From positions 4,898,001 through 4,962,000 of the forward strand of contig OZ316775.1 in the NCBI GenBank assembly GCA_973851085.1: a stretch of DNA of 64,000 nt, written 5' to 3'. Positions within the stretch are counted from its first letter, which is position 1. Each line of letters starts with the position of its first letter. The notes under the pieces were generated by a model that was not told the DNA's origin, did not search any database, and saw only the letters and a program-made list of their open reading frames with translations. A program made the translations under genes and the position numbers. This stretch comes from Ptychomitrium polyphyllum (taxonomy: Eukaryota). Below, piece by piece: positions 55,901 through 64,000 of this stretch.

Positions 55901-57128
55901 TCAGTGGGTGCGATATCACGAATCACTACTATTCTATGAGGGCTCAGACCTTGAGCTAGAATTAAAAAATGAAGAATCCAACCATTCATTGCTAAGTACA
56001 TTGCTAAGTAGAGGCAATCACAACATGCCATAATTAGTGTGTTCATTTTAAGTCGTTCTTATTACAAGTATAGAATGTGGAATATAATAGAGTTACTTGT
56101 AAACTCAATCCTTCCTTTCTCACCAAAAGACCCATATATGACCTCACCTTCTTCTTTGCCTAATTCATGTTTAAAATTATAACACAAATCCTCGGGAAAA
56201 TAAAAAATAAAAACATTTCATACCGCCTCATAAAACTACTACCGATATACTCCTTCAACAAATCGAGAGAAAAGCAATAGATCTTTGGGTGAGGGAGCTG
56301 GTGACGTGTGTTGCTGACGCACATGCAGATTGAAACAGAGGAGTCTCAAGTATGGCCCTCAAGAATGACTTCCGCATTTAGATGAGGACTTGGTCTGGAG
56401 TTCTCGGAGGGCTGATGTCACAAGGGCCTTCGGATACTTGGAGTCATACCTATCTTGCAGCTGCCTGGGCCCACCCATGTGGGGTCCATGTGGGTCCACG
56501 GCCAATCAGCTCATCGCTACGGTTCAGTATATATTAAGGACCAGTCACATTGTAGAGCACGAAGCCATAGCCTTTTTCAACCTTTTTCAAACTATGATAA
56601 TTGCCAGTGTGTTTAATATTGTGGTTTAGTGAAGAGTGGATTTCTGTTATCTATTTTGCATGTGTGTTTAGTATGCTGCTCTAGAGTGCCATATTCTAGT
56701 GACCAAAGTTTTTGTATTTGCATATACTTGATGTTCAAAAATATACACCACTTCAAGTCAATATGGAAAACATGGATATTTGTGATTAAACCTTTCAACT
56801 TTGGAAATTGCTAACTCTTTCTTAGGAGAAATTGTACATCATATGGTTTTGTAAATTATGTGTTGCAAAAGGAGTTTTAATATTAGAATAATTTCTTTGA
56901 TCTACGAGCATATTGAGGATGGATTTTAAATATGTTCTTTGCTGGGTCCAATATTCAACTCTATGTTGTTTATGATTTATATGTGTACCAATAAATGAGG
57001 CAAAATTACACATGAGAGTATTATAAAAGGACATTGAAATATATGTGTTTTATAATATCAAATAATGAATTAACTATATGAATGTGTATTTATATCTTCT
57101 TTTTCCAAAATGTATATCATCCTTCTAA

Positions 57129-57130
<2 letters not shown>

Positions 57131-57193
<63 letters not shown>
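57131..57193. repeat. (AT)n microsatellite, about 31 units
   Basis: Pure AT dinucleotide run. Confidence 0.97.
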
Positions 57194-57198
<5 letters not shown>

Positions 57199-58674
57199 AG
57201 TTCTGAAATAACACACGTACTTTGTATTTTTCTTAAACATTGAAGCTTGTATAACATTTTTATTATGATGGCCATAATGAACAATTCCATAATTAATAAT
57301 ATTCAAACAACATTCTACTTCTTTTTTAAATGGTAGTCCTTGTTAAACATTGTTTATATTGTCTATTGCCACACACAAAGTCATTGTCTTATAGAAATTA
57401 AGGGAAACTCTTAAGATCCTTTACATTTATGTATTTTTTTGAAAACGTTATAATCTACTTATTTTTCTCTAATTACAAAATAACCTTATTAAATTATTTC
57501 AAATGTTGTTTAGTTGTATTCATCTTTTTTTCATTAATTTTAGAATTTTAATTTTTTTTTTAATTGAAAAATTTCAAAACTCTTGTTTGAATAAAAGTTA
57601 AAATCCTTTCCTTATTTACCAATTCTAATACTTCTAATAAGTGATATGACATGATTGAAGTTATAATGCATTGAAACAAACAAAAAATAAATATATTTGA
57701 TTTTAATGCAAAAGAATAATATTTGTGAGAGGATAATACATAATAAAAATAACTGAATAAATAAAAGAAATGTTTTTTAATTTCATCTATCATTACAGGT
57801 CTTTATAGTTATTTATAGGCATATTTATTTTACTTCAAATTAGTCAAAAAATTATTTTTATTGTTTACAATTCTTGGTTTATATTATTATTACAGTCAAA
57901 TCTACATGTTACATGGATTCCTAGTTTCATTCATTTAAAACTATATTTATCATAGTAAAGATAAACAATTCAAAATTTGATATTAAAAGTTTAATAAATA
58001 TAAAGAAATAAAAGATTTAATGCAAATATAACAAATATATTTCTATAAGCTCACAAAATTAAGTTGCTATCTATAATTGAGTAGGAAAAACATACTTGGT
58101 TTCCAAAATATATTGATTAGTACATAAATAACATGCTTTGATCTTTTTTTGTTGTTGATTTTAGGATTGGTAAATTGAAAGTTACTTTGTCCATGTATAT
58201 TTCTATGAAATCACCATATTGATGCCATAGTGGATTCCTTTTCAAAATCTTTTTTCCACAACACTTACCGTATGTAGAAAGGTTGTTCTTCCATAAAACC
58301 TATCCTTGCAATGTTAAAGGGTTGCCTTCTATAAGCCACTGATATTTCTATCTTAAAAACTAAAGAACACAAGCGTCAGCACATCTGAACTCAAAGTCAT
58401 CAAAACTCTAAGCGTTTTTTTTTAAGCATGTAGAACCCCTATGCCAACAAGCTTTATAGCCTTGTATGGAGAAAATTGGTCTTCTGTGTCATTGAATTAC
58501 CTTTAAATTTCATATGAACAGATTAAAGCATATACATAAATACAACTTTCAGAGAATAACCTTGACTCTGGAGTGTAAAGATCTGGAGGCATTTTGCAAC
58601 TTCGCCCCCACTGGGAATGGATTTTGCAATTATTGGAACAGAAACAGCCTTCACTCCCAGTGTAAGGCAACTCC

Positions 58675-58746
58675 GACTCTCTCAACTCAACTTAGAAACA
58701 TGTAGATATCTAGGTCTACATGTTTCTAAGTTGAGTTGAGAGAGTC
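58675..58746. repeat. Perfect 32-bp inverted repeat (hairpin) with 8-nt loop
   Basis: GACTCTCTCAACTCAACTTAGAAACATGTAGA, loop TATCTAGG, then the exact reverse complement. Confidence 0.95.
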
Positions 58747-59986
58747 AATGACTTCAAATCCATAAATCATGGGATTCACAACCAGTATAATTTGTAACCA
58801 ACGGTTCCATGTATAATCTAGTTAATTGCAGGGATCAGCATCTACTCTGGTGGTGACGGACCAACGCAATGCAAATCCACCGGAGAATATTCCTGCATGC
58901 TTACATGCTGGTAGCTCTAGTTTGACCTTGAGTTGAATTGCAAGTTACATAACTCAATAATGCAGCTCATCCTGTGGCGTGTGCCAAACTCACAGCACTT
59001 GGGAATCTGGCACAAGCTAGAGTGTGGCATAGCAATATGCAGAGACCAGTGATTCCTTAACCACGATGTGCTGCATTGCATGGGCAAGGCCAAAAGATGC
59101 TCCAGAAAGAAAAGACAAAACTCTAGGAGAAAGGTGTACTGTTTATGCAACAGGTATCAGGTTTGCACATTACTGTATAACTTACAACCAGTGTACCAGT
59201 ATTGGCTGATACCATGGCCATGGTACCACACCACCAAGCAATCCTGATCATGGTCACCATTGTCTGGTCAATGACATTGAATTGTGTGGAAAGTACGCTT
59301 CCTTGCCTCCCTTATGTCCTACCCCACAAGAATGCACAAATCGTCCCGGCTTGTGAATTAGGGATATATGTGGATTCATGGACCCAGTCCTGAGGGGCTC
59401 ACAAGTATAAAATGCGAGGAACTTGGAGTTTGAAGCATCATTCGCCTTCCATTCGCATTCTGGTTGGTCTCTCAGCTTCAATGACTTAGTTTTGTGTGCA
59501 ATTTTCTGTTTTATTTTTTGGATACTCATCTTGGTGGTTTGCACTTTGGGTTCTGTTAGCATAGGGAAAGTTAGCCCAAAGACTGCTTGATGCAGGATTT
59601 GACTTCCTTGAACTTGTGTTTTTTATGTAAGCTCTTGATTCTGTATCTTTTACAAATTAGACCCATTCTCACAGGTTTTGGTCTGTGTATGAAGCAGGTT
59701 ATCTTTTCAGTGCAATCTTGTGCTAAATCAGGTATGATATTATACTTCTGTTTTCAAGATATTTAGCTCGTGATAATTAGTGGTGATGCTAACAGTCAGA
59801 ACGACCACCCTCATTTTCGCCACACATTTTGCAGCCGTTTTAGCATGGACCACATCCATGTAACATTTCATCTTGTTGACTCCCTAGAAGTCGTGAACCA
59901 AGTACTACGAAAAAAGGAAGTTTCGGTAACGAAATTATAGTTGGAATCATATGCAGGGAATATTGTCACTTCACCAGCCCAAAGCC

Positions 59987-60309
59987 ATGGCCAAGGACAC
60001 AGGAAAGTGTGGAAACTGCGACTGCGCTGCAGGAACTTGTGCCAGGGAGAATGGAGGCAAGTGCGGCAACTGCGACTGCGCTGCAGGTAATTGAATTCCT
60101 CTGCTCCATTACTCCTGGTGTTTGAATCACAAGAATTTGCAATGGAAGCGACAGTTCCTCTTTCTCGTTTGCTCATTCCAACCATTGAATCAGCGTTAAC
60201 CACATGGTAGACTAAAAAAATATGCTTGTTTTTAGGAACCTGCGCAAAGGAGAATGGTGGCAAGTGCGGCAACTGCGATTGCGCTGCAGGAACCTGCGCC
60301 AAGGAATAG
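59987..60309 (+). CDS. Triple-repeat metallothionein-like peptide B (57 aa, 12 Cys), 2 exons
   Basis: Exons 59987-60086 and 60236-60309 give MAKDTGKCGNCDCAAGTCARENGGKCGNCDCAAGTCAKENGGKCGNCDCAAGTCAKE*. Same intron position as peptide A. Confidence 0.88.
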
Positions 60310-62437
60310 AGCCCTTAATGTGTAGCCATGTGACCATGGCAACCCCGTCTAGACCGCCAGGGATTACCTGTCTAGATGTTACAGTCGGTGCATAGACCTC
60401 GAATGACCGTACTTGAATAATGATCATGGAACCGTTTGATCGAATGTGAATAAAACTGACCAGGAGCTAGCCGCACCCTCATTTGGAGAGGAAGTGAAAT
60501 TGATGGGGTGTGCGCTTGTACATTGGCAATCATGATTCGAAAGCTGTATCTCAGGTCGTGCTGGAGTCCTCAATTTCCTCCTTTTTCTGATTACCTCTGC
60601 TCTGTTTATATTCTTCGTGAACTGTGTGATTAATTTGTGGATTAACTTTGGGCTTCGTGCTTCCTTTTCGAGGTTTACTTTGCTCTTGACAAAATGCTCG
60701 CAGTTGGTTCGTAGGGTCGGATGTTGTTGATCTCCATTTAATTATCATCAGTCAGGAATCAGTGCGACCTGTGTAGTAAGTCACAAGCAGAAAAGAGATT
60801 CTTAAAACAGAGCATATATCTCTAAAATAGCACTTACTCCCTTCCATTAAACTCTCCAATATATTGTGTGTTAGCTATCCTTACACATATTAAGTCCTTT
60901 CAAGTTTTCTCTGCAAGAGAAGAGAGGGAACATCCGGTACTCCATCATAGGCCCCGTCCAGATCATGTGAATTCGCGTTACTAGATTCAGAGTCTAATGT
61001 TCTGACCACCTGACGACGGGACCATCCAAATGGTACGGATGGTGCAGACAAATGAGACACCCAATCGAGATCTTCTATAGCAAAGCCTTTGTGCAAATAA
61101 ACATTCACAACACCTAACGTAATTCTCTATATTATTTGGAGACGGGTAATCTTAATTCCGGGAGTAACATGACAAAATCTGAAAGAGCTCCGACTTCAGA
61201 GCTCAGACTGTTGTTTCGAGTTACGGAATACTTCACCGGATTCTCTACCTAGATGCATGTAGATAATCACCTAAAGAAATATTTGATCATAAGTTTTGAG
61301 CTAGAAAAAGAGCTGTTTATAAACGCATCCTCCATTTGAATCAGGATGCGTGCATTGAAATATGTATAGAAATCGAGTGGGTGAAACTTTATAGTATTGA
61401 AGTAAGTGCTTCAGTCATAAACACAAATAAATGGAGGATGTGAGATTTCGGTTGAGAAAAGAGGTAAGTTTATATATAACTCTTAATACTTCACTTCACA
61501 ATTTCACAGCACACAGAACCTAGTTCAATGCTGTAAAATCACCTGTGTATAAATCATTATTGAAAATGCTTGAATACATACGGTTAATACCGAAGTATGT
61601 TGATTTGAAAATGCCAGGAGTGCAATGCAGAAACTAGTGCCAAGAGGGCTAAGAATTTTACCTTGTCCCATACTCGATGTATACACGAAATAATAAAAAT
61701 GCAGGACCGAGAAGCTTAATTGCCTCTGTAAGGCACAGGCAATCCAGGCATCTAATACGTCCCCAACAATATCCGGTCGGAGCTCACCTGAACGCCCAGT
61801 TTTACTATACGATAATGCTTAGAACATCATTCCTGATCGGGTTGTGCAAGATTTCACCGTTGTAAACGTACAGGACCAACATAATGGCGTTTGGATGGCC
61901 TCTAGAGAACCAGTCCTGCAGAGACCCTGAGTCACCAATTCCGGAGCCAAAGTAGAAGTATATCCTCATGAAGAGTAAAGAATCCAGAACCCAAAACCTT
62001 AAGATCCCACTAGAGATGATGATGCATCCAAAAGGACCGCCAGGCAGGGTCATGGCAATGGCTATCGACATCGCATCACAAGCTCACATGAAGAATGTAC
62101 AGTGTAATAGCGATAATTCATCTTTATTCAAGTCATACCACAATTCACAATTGTTTCATCACAACCAATGACGACCTGATTACGGACCTTAACCTTCCAC
62201 TAACGATCCACACCAATTCTATAGGCACAACACACCTCGGGGCATAGGTTCAAAGAGAGCAACAAACATGTACAGGCTCGGTTACTTATAAGTTACATGA
62301 TGATTCTTCACATGAAAATAATCCGACCATTGCACCCACCCACCGATCCACTCGATCAATCCAAAGATAACGATCGAGGACGGTGGCGAAACTGAACGTA
62401 GTAGAAGCTCGAGTGCAGACATGGCTTTGACGTAGAA

Positions 62438-63226
62438 TCACAATCCAAAGAGTTGGTGGTGCTTCTTCTCAGGGGCTGGCGCTGTGGTGGTTGTGTTTGT
62501 GGATTCTGGAAGACCAAGATCAGCGCCAGAGTAGTCCGTGCCGCCAGTAGGGTGTCCGCCTTCGACTGACGCACCCGAATAATCCGTCCCACCCGTGGAG
62601 TACTGCCCGCCTTCCAGCGCCGTTGCAGCTGAGTAATCCGTTCCGCCCGTGGGGTTGCCGCCTTCGATCGAATCCAAAGAGTAATTTGTACCTCCAGCAG
62701 CTGCACTTGGGGCTGTGTGCTCCTCAGCCGCTTGCGAGGCTAGAGTTGGCCGTTTACGCGCGGCTTTCTCCTCACGACGGCGTCGCTGCCGCTCCTTCCC
62801 CTCCTCTGACTCCGATTCAGAGCTACTGGAAGTATCGGACTTCCCCTGCAACAGATCACCAAATGCCAGATCATTCATCGAGTCAATGTAAGGATTAAGC
62901 GGAGGTGGGAGTTCAGTGAAGATGGGATAATTCACCGTTAACCGACTTGCACATCTAGTTTCTAATTCATTGTTTTAGGGTCGGTAATGATCCATTAGCT
63001 GTAAGAAACCATGATATACAATTCAAACGACTGGACTGGACTTTGAAGGATTTGGGCGTAAACTGGTAATGGATATGGTGGAAGCACTTACCCCAAATCC
63101 AAACAATCCCCGCGACTCCGTCTTGGTGTCCGTCTCTGCGGGTGTGGTTTCCTGTTCGGTATGCGTTTGTGATTTCGCAACGCCATACTTGTTCTCTTCT
63201 CCAACGTACTCAACTTCTGGATCCAT
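62438..63226 (-). CDS. Dehydrin-like disordered protein (180 aa), 2 exons
   Basis: Exon 63226-63092 ends TESRGLFGFG (F-segment-like). Exon 62845-62438 has an S-segment-like SDTSSSSESESEE, a basic RQRRRR, four GGT(D/N)YS repeats and C-terminal PEKKHHQLFGL. Confidence 0.75.
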
Positions 63227-63476
63227 GGCGACCGAACTAAGGTCGATATAACTGGTGAACTTGGAATTGGGAGCTGCTAAGGTGGAAGTAGACTGCAATC
63301 GACCTTGTGGTACAGACTGGGAATCTGCTGGAAAGGTAGCAAGCACTATTAACTGAGGTTGCTAGGCTGGTCATGATGCTAGCTGGAATTGAGTTGGTAG
63401 AATATATACAGTTTAGACCTTGGAGCCAGGTCTTGGTACAAGTGGCCGATACGCTATGGCGAAAGCTTTGTCTTGC

Positions 63477-63487
63477 GCCACGTCGGT
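63477..63487 (-). promoter_or_regulatory. Overlapping DRE/CRT and ABRE upstream of the dehydrin-like gene
   Basis: Minus strand ACCGACGTGGC contains ACCGAC and ACGTGGC. TATATA at about 63403-63408. Confidence 0.6.
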
Positions 63488-64000
63488 GATGGACGAGGCG
63501 AGCCAAGCAAGGAATATTAGATTCTAGATCAAGTTAATTATCAGCCGGGCAGTGATCCGTCACCAGGGCAAGCCTAGGTGCCTCTTGTGCGATAGTTCTA
63601 TTTCCTAGACTAGGGCGAATGGGTGTGCTGTAAGATGAGAATGCTCTAATAATTTGCTTAAATAGAAACTGTTCTGCACCTGCATAGGAATCTTCTACCT
63701 GTGCACTAATTTCTGTCACCGTCCTCACCTTTTACAATCCTGCACAAACTCACTGATTTATAGAATACTGTATAACCGTAGTCGGCTTTGGCAAAGTTTG
63801 GCTCAGACTCTTGACCGGGCTTGTTTTAAAGATATATTTCGTTGATTCGCATGCTTGATCAAGTATGGGCACTAAGTGTTATAGATTTGACAACGTGAAA
63901 AGCCAACATTCTTGCGCAATGGAGAACCTAACGTTTAGGAAAAGGCCAGTTTTTAAGATGCTTGAGTATTAAACTCGACACCTTGCACAGTGGCCAAGAT

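Noticed and set aside
59136..59296. Four GTAC motifs (SPL7/CRR1 copper-response core) upstream of MT-like gene B
   Set aside because: A 4-mer occurs often by chance, and there is no similar tight cluster near gene A.
61805..62171. Short ORFs downstream of the dehydrin-like gene
   Set aside because: No domain, splice or codon support; probably 3' flank.

Overview
Eukaryotic plant nuclear DNA: spliceosomal introns, Ty3/Gypsy chromoviruses and an ER BiP. The gene and TE style suggests a moss such as Physcomitrium; this is inference. The left 36 kb is a rearranged, TE-rich block. It holds a decayed tRNA-iMet-primed chromovirus (1-5841) and several nested copies of a second chromovirus family whose LTR/PBS look self-priming (Tf1/sushi/Tcn1 type) and carry heat-shock elements. 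It also holds a near-perfect 4.87-kb inverted duplication (7765-12631 vs 17039-21905). That duplication overlaps by 21 bp a second, 2.77-kb inverted repeat carrying two identical, intronless, very GC-rich BiP genes with a proximal HSE (21885-24656 vs 33268-36039). The right half is gene-rich: LTO1/VKOR, a class III peroxidase plus a peroxidase relic, and an atypical dehydrin-like gene. It also contains two divergently oriented 57-58 aa genes missed by the ORF track. Each encodes three tandem 18-residue 4-Cys modules, a metallothionein-like architecture that does not fit the classical plant MT types. Exon boundaries and repeat ends were read by eye and need alignment or RNA-seq confirmation.
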